DNA of 64,000 nt from an archaeon (GCA_024276825.1 JAJRWI010000044.1:1-64000); one strand, 5' to 3'; positions 9,210 through 19,479 are shown, counted from the stretch's first letter. Notes: generated by a model from the letters alone, not told the origin. Program-made: numbers and translations.

Positions 9210-10010
9210 ATGGAAATAACAGTCCTGTATAGAGATAATGAAACAATTCATTTCCTAGTTGAAGGAATTGACGTGGCATTTGCTAATGCATTACGTCGGA
9301 CCATGCTCACCAAACTGCCTGCCATGGCAATTGATGAGGTTCTCATAATTGAGAACACAAGCGTGATGTATGATGAGATCTTGGCGCAACGCCTTGGTCT
9401 AGTCCCACTTGTCACCGATTTGGAGTCTTATAATCTTCCAGAAGAGTGTGACTGTGAGGGAAAGGGCTGTAGTCTATGTCAATGCACTCTGACCCTTGAA
9501 AAAGAGGCTGGCGATGAAGATCTGATCATATATTCGGGTGACTTGTCATCACAGGACCCGAAGGTGGTGCCTGCGACCAACGGTATCCCTCTTGTCAAAC
9601 TTGCCCCTGGCCAGAGTATAATCCTTGAGGCCTATGCTAAGTTAGGGACAGGACAGGAGAATGCCAAGTTTCAGCCTGTTTCCACTGTGGCTTACAAATA
9701 TGTTCCAATAGTAACTGTTGACACATCAAAATGCGATGCATGTGGTGCCTGTGTTGATGTGTGCCCCAAGAAAATCTTCCTGTTGGATGATGGCACAATA
9801 TCCACACAGAACACATTGGACTGTACTCTATGTGATCTATGTGTGAACTCTTGCGAGCCAGGCGCAATAACCATTGACTCGAAAGAGGACACATTTCTCT
9901 TTAAGGTCGAGTCGACTGGTGCACTGCCTCCTGAAGTTATTGTGGAAAAGACAGCTGAATTATTGAAAGAAAAGGTGAGACAGGCGCTAGACTTCGCAAG
10001 TTCTCTGTGA
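9210..10010 (+). CDS. rpoD: RNA polymerase subunit D (Rpo3) with ferredoxin-like insert
   Basis: ANALRR, ENTSVMYDEILAQRLGLVPL, AKFQPV, two CxxCxxCxxxC motifs. Confidence 0.97.
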   Translation: MEITVLYRDNETIHFLVEGIDVAFANALRRTMLTKLPAMAIDEVLIIENTSVMYDEILAQRLGLVPLVTDLESYNLPEECDCEGKGCSLCQCTLTLEKEAGDEDLIIYSGDLSSQDPKVVPATNGIPLVKLAPGQSIILEAYAKLGTGQENAKFQPVSTVAYKYVPIVTVDTSKCDACGACVDVCPKKIFLLDDGTISTQNTLDCTLCDLCVNSCEPGAITIDSKEDTFLFKVESTGALPPEVIVEKTAELLKEKVRQALDFASSL

Positions 10011-10018
10011 GGTGTTTA

Positions 10019-10384
10019 ATGATGGTACGATCTGGACCGACTGACCCAAACACTCGCACTTTAATCAATGCGCTTATGAAAACATCGACAAAGCATAATG
10101 TGCGGATATGGAAACGCGTGGCTGAGTTGATTTCACGACCCACTCGCAAGCGTCCAGCTGTGAATGTGGGGAAGATTGCAAGACATACTAATGATGGCGA
10201 CATTGTTGTCGTTCCTGGAAAGATACTGGGGGCCGGCACTATCTCCCACAAAGTCACTGTGGCTGCTCTGAATGCCTCTGCTACAGCAAGGGCCGAAATA
10301 GTGGACGCAGGTGGTTCTGTTATCACGATTAACGAGTTACTGGCCAAGGTTCCAAAGGGGAATGGTGTGACTATAATTATCTGA
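10019..10384 (+). CDS. rpl18e: 50S ribosomal protein L18e
   Basis: IWKRVAE, VNVGKI, VVPGKILG. Confidence 0.96.
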   Translation: MMVRSGPTDPNTRTLINALMKTSTKHNVRIWKRVAELISRPTRKRPAVNVGKIARHTNDGDIVVVPGKILGAGTISHKVTVAALNASATARAEIVDAGGSVITINELLAKVPKGNGVTIII

Positions 10385-10394
10385 GGTGTTCATA

Positions 10395-10847
10395 ATGAGT
10401 GAGGCCGAAATTAAAGTCTATGATGCTGAGAATCTTGTCATTGGAAGGCTTGCTGCTAGAGTCGCAAAAGATGCTCTACTTGGAAACCGGGTAGCCATTG
10501 TTAATGTTGAAAAGGCCATAATCACTGGGGATAGAAGAACAGTGATAGAGGCATATAAAGAAAAGTTCAATATCCGGACCTCATATAACCCCCGCAAGGG
10601 CCCATTCCATCATCGCAGACCAGACAAGCTCGTGAGAAGAATAATTCGGGGAATGCTACCCTGGCCCAAGCCTCGTGGAAAGCAGGCCCTCAAAAGGGTC
10701 CACGTGTATATTGGTATACCTGATCAGTTTACAGAGGTTGAGAAGATAGTTCTTGAAGACTGCAAGTATTCCAGTCTAACTAGGAAATTCATTACTGTTG
10801 GGGACCTCAGTCACGAACTTGGTTGGAGAAACCCGGAGGTGCGTTGA
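10395..10847 (+). CDS. rpl13: 50S ribosomal protein uL13
   Basis: GRLAA, GPFHHRRP, RGMLP. Confidence 0.96.
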   Translation: MSEAEIKVYDAENLVIGRLAARVAKDALLGNRVAIVNVEKAIITGDRRTVIEAYKEKFNIRTSYNPRKGPFHHRRPDKLVRRIIRGMLPWPKPRGKQALKRVHVYIGIPDQFTEVEKIVLEDCKYSSLTRKFITVGDLSHELGWRNPEVR

Positions 10848-10848
10848 G

Positions 10849-11247
10849 ATGCGAGTAGTAGTATCCACAGGCAAGAGAAAGACAAGTCTGGCGAAAGCCA
10901 CAATCAAGAAAGGAAAGGGACGAATCAGAATCAATGGGCGCCCACTTGAGATAATTCAGCCCGAGGTTGCAAGACTGAGGATTATGGAACCACTGATTCT
11001 CATTGGTGAAGACTGGAAACAATATGACATTAAGGTACGGGTCAGGGGTGGAGGCTTTATGAGTCAGGCTGATGCTATTCGCATGGCTATTGCTACTGGC
11101 CTGATAAAAATGAGCCAAGACTATGAAGCCAGATCTAAGATGCTCGAGCATGACAGAACTATGCTAGTTGGTGATCCAAGAAGGACCGAACCCAAGAAAT
11201 TCGGTGGGCCTTCTGCACGGTCAAGATATCAAAAATCATATAGGTGA
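10849..11247 (+). CDS. rps9: 30S ribosomal protein uS9
   Basis: [30 protein letters not shown]. Confidence 0.97.
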   Translation: MRVVVSTGKRKTSLAKATIKKGKGRIRINGRPLEIIQPEVARLRIMEPLILIGEDWKQYDIKVRVRGGGFMSQADAIRMAIATGLIKMSQDYEARSKMLEHDRTMLVGDPRRTEPKKFGGPSARSRYQKSYR

Positions 11248-11260
11248 GGTGGCAGCAGAA

Positions 11261-11479
11261 TTGATAATTCCAGTAAGATGTTTCACATGTGGAAAAGTTG
11301 TTGGTGACAAATATGAAAAGTTTCAAGAGGCAATACGACAGGGTGAGGACCCTGCTGCAGTTCTTGACAGATTAGGATTACACAGATACTGTTGTCGGCG
11401 AATGCTGCTCTCACACATTGACATTATTGACAGTTTCATGGCATACTCAAAAGTTGAAACCCCGGAGGCAAATCAATGA
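11261..11479 (+). CDS. rpoN: RNA polymerase subunit N (Rpo10), TTG start
   Basis: [11 protein letters not shown]...RYCCRRM. Confidence 0.96.
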   Translation: MIIPVRCFTCGKVVGDKYEKFQEAIRQGEDPAAVLDRLGLHRYCCRRMLLSHIDIIDSFMAYSKVETPEANQ

Positions 11480-12114
11480 TTAGTGATGGCGAAATCTCAG
11501 AGGCGGACCTTCTTGCTCCCATGGACAAGTACCTCGCAGCTGGTTGTCATATTGGAACCCAGGTGAAAACACAAGACATGGAACCTTTCGTCTATCGTCA
11601 GAGACCGATTGGGCTCTATGTACTTGATGTGCGAAAGACCGATGAACGAATCAGGGTTGCAGGGAAGTTCATTGCACGATTCGAACCCGAGAAGATTGTG
11701 GTTGTATCAGGCCGTGTCTATGGTAAACGCCCTGTAGAATCATTTGCGCACTTTATTGGAGCTAATGCCTTCACTGAGAGGTTTGTACCGGGAACTCTCA
11801 CCAATCCTAATATCTCCGGTCCAAGATCGTATATTGAACCCGAATTAGTGATTCTGACCGACCCCCGAACTGACTCTCAGGCTCTCTCTGAAGCTGGTAA
11901 GATTGGGGTGCCTGTGATTGCACTCTGTGACACAGACAATGTGACCAATGGTGTTGATCTCATCATCCCAACAAATAACAGGGGTCGTAAGGCTCTCGCA
12001 CTAGTGTATTTTCTACTGGCCCGTCAAGTACTGAGAGAACGCGGTCAGATTGCAATGGATGGCGAGGCTCCATTTACAGAGGCAGACTTTGAGCCCCAGA
12101 TTCAAAGAATCTAA
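11476..12114 (+). CDS. rps2: 30S ribosomal protein uS2
   Basis: [27 protein letters not shown]. Confidence 0.97.
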   Translation: MISDGEISEADLLAPMDKYLAAGCHIGTQVKTQDMEPFVYRQRPIGLYVLDVRKTDERIRVAGKFIARFEPEKIVVVSGRVYGKRPVESFAHFIGANAFTERFVPGTLTNPNISGPRSYIEPELVILTDPRTDSQALSEAGKIGVPVIALCDTDNVTNGVDLIIPTNNRGRKALALVYFLLARQVLRERGQIAMDGEAPFTEADFEPQIQRI

Positions 12115-12147
12115 AATATGTGGGAGGCCTACACCTCCCTCTATTCT

Positions 12148-12540
12148 TTACTCTATTATCACAACCCCGTTGTCTGCATCTATCTTTATTTTTTGACCCG
12201 TCTTTATCTTCTCAATATCAATCTGATCAACTGCAGGTATCTCTGAGATTATGCACCCTACTGCAACAACAGGGTCGGTTGATTTATTCACTATGGCAAG
12301 TGGGCCCTTTCCAGCCTTTTTCAGGGCATACAAGACATATGACCCAACAGTTGAGCCTTTTCCCGTGGGGAAGACAAGTATCTTTCCAGAGATGGACCGC
12401 CCCTCGAGTTGATGTCCTTTCTCGACAATCTCGCCAGTTTCGGGATCACATCCTCCATAGAAGGAAATATCATCAGTAGTTACAAGTGCCTCACCCTCAA
12501 CTTTGCCACTGAATATTCTTCGTCCCTTTAATTCAATCAT
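12148..12540 (-). CDS. phosphomevalonate dehydratase small subunit (AcnX swivel domain, DUF126)
   Basis: ISFYGG.DPETG, GKGSTVGSY; operon context. Confidence 0.9.
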   Translation of the reverse strand: MIELKGRRIFSGKVEGEALVTTDDISFYGGCDPETGEIVEKGHQLEGRSISGKILVFPTGKGSTVGSYVLYALKKAGKGPLAIVNKSTDPVVAVGCIISEIPAVDQIDIEKIKTGQKIKIDADNGVVIIE

Positions 12541-13733
12541 GATGTCGCCTCCCTGATGCATTCCTCAATGGTCCTAATCTTGACTTTGAACTTGTTCTTG
12601 CCTCGAGCGTAGAAGCAAGCTTTAGCTGAATCTGTCATAAGTGTCTTGAACTTGCCCTTCAATGGTGCCACAGCACAACAGGCATCACTGACGAGAAATG
12701 CCCCTGCAGACTCAATGACATCATAATAGCCCATTTTAATGGCAAGATCTTTTGTTGGCTTTGCAGTAGTTATCCATATGGTCTTGCTCTCTGAAACCTT
12801 CTTGTTTCTCAAGAGTTCGGCCACTCGAGCAATCTCTTTGATGCTGGCATGCGGACATCCTATACTGATGAAGTCTATCTCTTCGGTTTCATCATCTAGA
12901 GTCTTCCTTGCATTTTCAAGGTCTTCTTGTGTAATCACTTCATTTATCTCTGGCTTGGGGGTTTTATTTGGCGTGATTCCCTCTATATGAAAGAGTGCCA
13001 CGCCACCGTATGTTGCAATTGATGCACAGAGGGACTTTAGCTCCTCAGTTGAGGCCTTTGGAATACCGGTGATATATGGGATCTTCTTTCCTGTTTTTTC
13101 ACCAATCACTTCTCCCAAAAGACCAAAGTCATCGGTAGATGACAGGGTCGCTTGGACCTCATAACCGACCTGTGCCACTCGATTTTCCCGAAGATGCATA
13201 CCATACTCAGCGGTCCTGCCAGTCAGAGCAGCAGCTAAGGCACTTGGTCCACCTTCTCTATTGGTCATCGCACCAATCACTGAATTTGCAAAACAGACTG
13301 CTGAGGACTCTGCCCATGCTATATGTTCTCCAAAGTGTGGTAGATTCCCAATAAGGTATGGAGTGCATGTACATGTTGTTATCACTCCCATCTTGGCAAA
13401 TGCCTCAACAACCCTCTGCTGATTGCGAGCAAATTCTTCATCTATCCCATGTTTTTTCCACTCTTCAAGGTCCATACCTGCTGGGTTGAGTGTCGTGAGA
13501 ACTCTGGTCTTGCCATCTTCAGCCATCTCTGCTAGATATTCCAACCCTGCCTCACCCAGATTGTGATATGATACCCCCGCAATCTGTACACTTGACACAG
13601 GTATCAGTCTTGAGGCACCGTATATCTCTCCCAGAGTGGTTATTATCTCCATGGCTTTTCTTGTGGCCTTGCCATATTCTCCCTCAAGCATGTCTTTTTC
13701 TTCTTTAGTCAACTCAAGCCCCATTTTACTCAC
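12537..13733 (-). CDS. phosphomevalonate dehydratase large subunit (AcnX, DUF521)
   Basis: TCTCTPY, AWAESSA, TNREGGP, GCPHAS, DACC, TDSAKA. Confidence 0.92.
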   Translation of the reverse strand: MSKMGLELTKEEKDMLEGEYGKATRKAMEIITTLGEIYGASRLIPVSSVQIAGVSYHNLGEAGLEYLAEMAEDGKTRVLTTLNPAGMDLEEWKKHGIDEEFARNQQRVVEAFAKMGVITTCTCTPYLIGNLPHFGEHIAWAESSAVCFANSVIGAMTNREGGPSALAAALTGRTAEYGMHLRENRVAQVGYEVQATLSSTDDFGLLGEVIGEKTGKKIPYITGIPKASTEELKSLCASIATYGGVALFHIEGITPNKTPKPEINEVITQEDLENARKTLDDETEEIDFISIGCPHASIKEIARVAELLRNKKVSESKTIWITTAKPTKDLAIKMGYYDVIESAGAFLVSDACCAVAPLKGKFKTLMTDSAKACFYARGKNKFKVKIRTIEECIREATS

Positions 13734-15033
13734 CTAGATACTTCTTGATGTCAACCTCTGGAAATCGTGCTTTGTCAAAGCTCTTACCCTTGGTCACAAG
13801 CGGCTTTGTACAGTCAAATCCACACTTTGTTGTCATTTTTGTCCCAGGTTCGGCACTTGGATCGAGAGAACTTCCTGGCTCTTTGTCCTTGATCAACAAA
13901 TCAACATCTGCTTGGAATCGTGTTGCCATTGCCCACTCCCTCTCTTGCTCATCATAGATGTCGACATCATCATCGTATATCCAGATGTGTTTTGCACTCT
14001 TGTGTCCCTCAAATGCAGCCTCAATTGCCTTGATTCCCTCATCCTCATGCTTTTTCTTAATCTTGACTGCCACATGCAGCCAGCTGGCTCCTCCTGGAGT
14101 GATGTTCACATCTAGGACGTCAATACCCCTGTCTTTAATCTTTTTGAAAATTGTTGGTTCTCGTGGCATGCCCATCAATATCTTGTGCTCAGATCTTCCT
14201 GGCAAAAGGCCCTGCCAGATTGCATCACTTCTATGAGTGATCTTCTTGACTTCAAACACTGGTTCCTGACGCACAACATCAACAGTTTCTGTGAGATCAA
14301 TGAATGGCCCCTCATCTGCCTTCTCCTCAAGTATCACTCTTCCTTCTAACACAAACTCACAATCAGCTGGAATCATCAGGTCTACAGACTTGGCTTTCAC
14401 CGTCCTGATGCGCTTTAGGGCGTTTGCAATCTCTAACTCGTCAACACCAGTTTCCACACTTGTGGCTGCTGCAATCAAGATCTCTGGAGTGTTCCCGATG
14501 CAGAATGCAACATCGACCTCTCCATTTCTCTCAAGAAACTTGTAAAAGTCCCTTCCTTTTACTACCCGGGTCACCATCTTGTCCTTTCCAATTTGCATCG
14601 CTCTGTGAAAGTCCAAGTTTTGTCCAAATTCAGGATCTGCTGAAACAACAACCCCTGATGAAATGTATGGACCACCATCAATCTTGTTGTGAATCAAAAT
14701 TGGAAGGTCATCAAGATTGACATGATTCTCCACAACCTCTTGACAGGGTGCTTTATCAGTCACCTCAGGTGGACTTCTGTTCTCAATTGCAGATGTGAGT
14801 GTGGGGATTATCTGTTCAGGAGTAATTCCAAAATAGTCTGCTATCTGCTTCTTGGTACAAAATAGATTTCCTGCAACTCTATACTCACTGTCCATCAACT
14901 TCTCAAAGAGTACTGGAGTTGGTTCAAATGTCTTCAAAACTCCTGCAATCTCCAGATTCTTTGAAACACTTTTCTTAATGACCGTGAGTTCACCTCTCTC
15001 TCCAAGTTCCTTGATATAACTCTCAAGTATCAT
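13726..15033 (-). CDS. UbiD-family anhydromevalonate phosphate decarboxylase
   Basis: DGGPY, EGPFID, EH.ILMG, DDDVDI, WAMATRFQ, SSLDPS; lies between mvk and PMDh. Confidence 0.9.
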   Translation of the reverse strand: MILESYIKELGERGELTVIKKSVSKNLEIAGVLKTFEPTPVLFEKLMDSEYRVAGNLFCTKKQIADYFGITPEQIIPTLTSAIENRSPPEVTDKAPCQEVVENHVNLDDLPILIHNKIDGGPYISSGVVVSADPEFGQNLDFHRAMQIGKDKMVTRVVKGRDFYKFLERNGEVDVAFCIGNTPEILIAAATSVETGVDELEIANALKRIRTVKAKSVDLMIPADCEFVLEGRVILEEKADEGPFIDLTETVDVVRQEPVFEVKKITHRSDAIWQGLLPGRSEHKILMGMPREPTIFKKIKDRGIDVLDVNITPGGASWLHVAVKIKKKHEDEGIKAIEAAFEGHKSAKHIWIYDDDVDIYDEQEREWAMATRFQADVDLLIKDKEPGSSLDPSAEPGTKMTTKCGFDCTKPLVTKGKSFDKARFPEVDIKKYLGE

Positions 15034-15044
15034 TACAACACCTC

Positions 15045-15986
15045 CTATAGACCAAATGAGGTCTTCCAAACAGCTGCGGCACCACTCTTCTCCAAAGCGT
15101 CAGCAATAATATTCATTGTCTTCTCATCAGGGGCCAATGAGATCTGATTACCTCCCCTTCCAGTGCCCGTCATCTTTGCACCAAGTGCACCATTGTCCAG
15201 AGCTACTCTCACAAGGTCATCAAGTTCTTTGCAGGACACTGTCAGGCCTTGTAATAACTCATGGTTTCTGTTCATAAGTTGTCCCACTTTGTCCAAATTT
15301 AGATCAAGCAAGGCATTACGAGCATTATGTACTAATGTGCTATACTCATTGGCAATCTCTTCAAACCACTGAGGGTCTGTTTCCTTCTTTGCACGAACAT
15401 CCCCTACGACCTCCGTTGTACTTGCGGTAAGACCAGTTGATGCTATCACAAGATACACTGGTTCACGAAGCTTCAGTCTTTCAAATGTTGGTGGCCCTCC
15501 CCGAAGATCTCTCACATACCATACAAGACCGCCAAATGTTGAAGCTGTGTTATCTATTCCTGATGGGGTTCCATGGTATCCCTTTTCACCTTCATAGGCT
15601 GCTTGGTTAATCGCATCATCATCAAGTCCAAGATTATACTCTTCATTCAATGCCCGTGCAAGAGCTACGCAGCTGGCGGCACTTGCACCTATCCCAGATG
15701 CACAGACAAGGTCTCCACCAAACTCGATATGAATGCCAGATTTTGACAAATCAATACCCAAATGTCTGATCACATTATCAATCGAAACTCTCTGTTCATC
15801 CTTCTTCTTCTCCTTGTATCCTGGCATCTCTGGCCTATTATCATCAAGCGTCCAACCCGGCTTATCTGTACGTGTCACATGGGCAATAGTTTCGGAAGCA
15901 ATGCCTGCAGCTATTGCAGGAAGTCCGTACACTACAAAATGCTCTCCAAAAAGTATCGTCTTTCCTTTTCCAGAACCTGACCCCAT
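15045..15986 (-). CDS. mvk: mevalonate kinase
   Basis: GKTILFGEH, SGIGASAA, HGTPSGIDN, GAKMTGTGRGG (GHMP kinase). Confidence 0.95.
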   Translation of the reverse strand: MGSGSGKGKTILFGEHFVVYGLPAIAAGIASETIAHVTRTDKPGWTLDDNRPEMPGYKEKKKDEQRVSIDNVIRHLGIDLSKSGIHIEFGGDLVCASGIGASAASCVALARALNEEYNLGLDDDAINQAAYEGEKGYHGTPSGIDNTASTFGGLVWYVRDLRGGPPTFERLKLREPVYLVIASTGLTASTTEVVGDVRAKKETDPQWFEEIANEYSTLVHNARNALLDLNLDKVGQLMNRNHELLQGLTVSCKELDDLVRVALDNGALGAKMTGTGRGGNQISLAPDEKTMNIIADALEKSGAAAVWKTSFGL

Positions 15987-16074
15987 AATCTCACTCTCTG
16001 GTCTTTGGTCGAATTAGCGAATCACCAATCTCACTTTTGAACTCTTCCTTTAAGCGAGTATCGCACTAGCGGGT

Positions 16075-16467
16075 TGCGCGTAGATGCGTAGAGGTCAGAC
16101 AAAAGATATGAGTGTGCAATGAGAACTTTCCGCACAGGGACTAGATGGGTCGGGCCCAACAGTGTCACCGGGATGACGGTGGATAAAATGACCCTGGACG
16201 ACCAGACGAAATGATCCATTTGTGTTTCGAACATGTATTGAAAATTGTCACTCCCGGTCATCCACAGTCCCAAAAGAACTGAGGGTCGTTATTATGAGTG
16301 TAATGAGCCCACTAAAATATTGCGGAATCGATGTCAGCAAGAAGACTCTGGTCTGTGCTGCTATTGGTGAACTTGATGAACACGACAGACAATATCTACC
16401 AGGGCAGGCATCCGATCTGGGTCTTGTTGGACACCAATCAAAGAATCATCTAAATGATACTCTATGA
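16075..16467 (+). mobile_element. truncated IS110-family element: structured left end plus transposase N-terminal fragment (ATG 16294); boundaries approximate
   Basis: YCGIDVSKKTLVCA matches the first DEDD motif of IS110 transposases; ORF ends after 57 codons. Confidence 0.7.
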
Positions 16468-16658
16468 AATTGTGGGGGGCCTAAATAGTATCGTGGGAAA
16501 CAATGGTCTGAAATTTGTCCAATGCCGTTCCTGGAAGGACAGGACTTCAATGTCCAAGACTGTCCAATTTACAATGAACGGTAATGAATGCTATGCCACA
16601 ATACTCATCTGCAATACAAGTTACTGCTAATCAAAAGGCAATGAGAGTGATATCCTAA

Positions 16659-17624
16659 GTGAGGCTGCTTGATTTATTCTGCGGGGCTGGAGGCTTCTCA
16701 TTGGGCTTTAGTGAGTATGTGGATGAATCTCACCTTGCAATTGATATAGATACTTGGCCACTGCAGACCTACAGGTATAACCATCCGAATGTCACAATCA
16801 TGCAGCATGATATTGCATCTATTCACTCACTGGAGATTGAACACTTGCTGGGTGGCCTACCCGACGTGATAATCGCATCGCCCCCCTGTGAAGAGTTCAG
16901 CCGTGCAAACCCCCTGAGTGATCTACCCGCAGCAGAACGAATCTATGGTGAGGGCAGCGCACGCCTTCTTCTGGACACGATACGTCTGATAGGAGACCTT
17001 GAGCCCAAGGTCTTTGTCATTGAGAATGTGGCAGCCCTGACTGCATCTGGCGGGCATCAGATAGTGCTCAAAGAGTTTGATCGAGTGGGAATTGACGATA
17101 TCAAGTTTAACCTAATAAGAGCACACCAACATGGAAACCCATCTCAAAGGCTTCGACTGTTCATCAGTAACATCGAATTCAACCTACCTCGAAACAATGC
17201 ACCATGTGTGATGGATGCATTAGTAGGGCTCCCCCCTCTGGGGTTCGAAGCCCTTCTTGATTACTATGATCCAGTGCCAAACCATAGTCTGCCCATTCTG
17301 AGTGATGACAAGATAAAGAAGATACAAAAGGTGCCATGGGGCAAAGGAATTAAGCATTTCAAGGGCTCAAGAAACAGGACTCTGCCCAACTGGGTCCGAT
17401 TATATCCTGATAGAGTGTCGACATCAATAATAGGCTCTGGAAGATACATCCACCCTTATGAGGACAGAATTCTCACCGTGAGGGAACACGCACGGCTCAT
17501 GAGTTATCCCGATGATTATGCATTTATGGGTCCTCTTGAGAGCCAGTATAACCAAGTCGGTGAGAGTGTACCACCACTGATTGCGAGTCTTATTGCTAAG
17601 GAGGTTGTTAAACACATTGAGTGA
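16659..17624 (+). CDS. C5 cytosine methyltransferase (Dcm family)
   Basis: DLFCGAGG, SPPC, ENV, QxRxR, LTVREHARL, QVGESVPP. Confidence 0.92.
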   Translation: MRLLDLFCGAGGFSLGFSEYVDESHLAIDIDTWPLQTYRYNHPNVTIMQHDIASIHSLEIEHLLGGLPDVIIASPPCEEFSRANPLSDLPAAERIYGEGSARLLLDTIRLIGDLEPKVFVIENVAALTASGGHQIVLKEFDRVGIDDIKFNLIRAHQHGNPSQRLRLFISNIEFNLPRNNAPCVMDALVGLPPLGFEALLDYYDPVPNHSLPILSDDKIKKIQKVPWGKGIKHFKGSRNRTLPNWVRLYPDRVSTSIIGSGRYIHPYEDRILTVREHARLMSYPDDYAFMGPLESQYNQVGESVPPLIASLIAKEVVKHIE

Positions 17625-18099
17625 GGAACTTAAAAATATCTACATTGTACTCCATAATGTCCATGCTGTGTCCAAAGTCTTAGAAACCGCACAGGTAGTC
17701 TACGGATTCGGCATCCATAATTTCGTGATCTCTAAGGCTGAAGGATCAGCTGCACAGACTGGGGTTCCCGATGCAAATAAGATGGCTTTGAAAATGAAGC
17801 GCAATTTTATGGTTCTTTCTGATCTTTCAGACGTGCTTGAAGTGTTAGATGTCGAGCGCCCTTATCTTCTCGTGTCTCCAAAACTCACTAAGAGCCGTAT
17901 CGACCTTTCTCACTTGGCAGATGTTGCATGGACTGGCAAGCGACTTGTGATTGTAGTGTCTGGGAGTACGAGTTCATTCTCTAGAAAGGAGATGGACTTT
18001 GGTGAATGTGTCAGTCTTCCCACTGACTTTGACATAGGTCCTGCAGGCACTGTAGCAATAATTCTGCATGCCATCACTAGTATCAACAAGTCAAAATAA
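17617..18099 (+). CDS. DUF2122/COG4080 SPOUT-like putative RNA methyltransferase
   Basis: LHNV, SKAEGSAAQTGVP, FSRKE motifs; overlaps MTase stop. Confidence 0.7.
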   Translation: MSEELKNIYIVLHNVHAVSKVLETAQVVYGFGIHNFVISKAEGSAAQTGVPDANKMALKMKRNFMVLSDLSDVLEVLDVERPYLLVSPKLTKSRIDLSHLADVAWTGKRLVIVVSGSTSSFSRKEMDFGECVSLPTDFDIGPAGTVAIILHAITSINKSK

Positions 18100-19368
18100 T
18101 GATGGGACCAATGCTCTTGAACCATGAATCTTTCCCTGAATAAGTGCCTTTATGGCTCTGGCTCTTGATGGCACCAAACTCAATGCAGAAACTCCCATTA
18201 ACTTGCACAGGGCGGTCATTGTGGATGCGAGTCGATTACAAGTTGGTGATGTATATACATTTTTCTTGCCAAGCCGCCTCTCCAAGTAATCACGAGTTTC
18301 ATTGATTGCACAATCACCAGCTATTAACACTTTCCCCTCTATCTGTGCTAGTATTCTCTCATCAAATCCCTTCCCCATGAGTATGGAAAAGCCCCCCTTA
18401 CCATTGTAGTCATAATAGAGAAGCTGGAGCAGCATCAGCACATTGAGCATGCAGCCCTCTGGACAAAGAAGTTCTCTTCCTTGAATTATGTTAACATCAT
18501 CTGGGTAATTGTTCACTATATTGTAAGAGTACTTTTTGACAAAACGCTCCAGACTCCCTATGACCTCAATCGCCCCCAAATCGCCCACATCATTGACCAA
18601 TGCAAGATGTTTCACCTCTTCAAGATTATAACCCAGTACTCTTGATCCTACCACATCTACCGCAAGAGTGTCAGTCCCACCTATCAACACATCAAGGCAT
18701 TCAATTGACTCATTCAAATAGGTCCGTAATGGATAATGCCCATTGAAGACTGCAAAACTGCCATCAATAATTGTGTAATCTGGCTTTATCAGATGATAGA
18801 TGTCTGCCAGATACTGGTGGAGGTTGTTGTTATGATGAATCCCTCGGTCTTTATGACTGGGGAATGCCATCTGGTTCTTGACGCCAAGAGTGACTGTTGA
18901 CATCGAGTGAGTCTTAAGCTTTGGGACTGAAACATAGGTGTAGTCATCATTATTGATGAACCTCTCCACTATGGCTCTTGGAAACTCCACCTCACCAAAA
19001 TGCCGCAGTCTGACTCTCTCAGTTGGCATTTCATCCAGATAAATCGGCTTTGCACCAGTCTTCTTGCAGACCTCATGATAACCTGCAAACTCAAAGACGA
19101 CTCTTGTCATGTTTCCCTGAGTTGAATTCTCCATCAAAAAGACCTTGGACGCCCCCTCCTCGAAGAAATAATTGATTACCTCTTTCAAAACTTCTGGTGA
19201 TGTGAATGAATACGGCTTGAAGTCTACTGCATTGGGCTTGAGATATACCTCTCCAGAGCCTTTAATCAACTCGCGCCCTCTACATGTCTGCTCAAAGACT
19301 TGACTTACAGCTTTTGACGGATCATCACCCATATCAACAACAGCAACTCTTGTCATTATGGTCATCAC
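18091..19368 (-). CDS. DUF362 Fe-S domain protein
   Basis: VYLKPN, PKLKTH, TLGVKN, IIDG, CPEGC. Confidence 0.85.
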   Translation of the reverse strand: MMTIMTRVAVVDMGDDPSKAVSQVFEQTCRGRELIKGSGEVYLKPNAVDFKPYSFTSPEVLKEVINYFFEEGASKVFLMENSTQGNMTRVVFEFAGYHEVCKKTGAKPIYLDEMPTERVRLRHFGEVEFPRAIVERFINNDDYTYVSVPKLKTHSMSTVTLGVKNQMAFPSHKDRGIHHNNNLHQYLADIYHLIKPDYTIIDGSFAVFNGHYPLRTYLNESIECLDVLIGGTDTLAVDVVGSRVLGYNLEEVKHLALVNDVGDLGAIEVIGSLERFVKKYSYNIVNNYPDDVNIIQGRELLCPEGCMLNVLMLLQLLYYDYNGKGGFSILMGKGFDERILAQIEGKVLIAGDCAINETRDYLERRLGKKNVYTSPTCNRLASTMTALCKLMGVSALSLVPSRARAIKALIQGKIHGSRALVPSLF

Positions 19369-19401
19369 TATGCGGTGTCAAACTAAAAAACATTGAGTAA
19401 T

Positions 19402-19479
19402 TGGTGGGCCGGCCCCGATTCGAACGGGGGATCCCTTGGTCCCGAACCAAGAATCATAACCAAGCTAGACCACCGACCC
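19402..19479 (-). tRNA. tRNA-Pro(CGG), CCA encoded
   Basis: Reverse complement GGGTCGG...CTTGG-TTCGGGA-CCAAG...CCCCG-TTCGAAT-CGGGG-CCGGCCC-ACCA. Confidence 0.96.
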
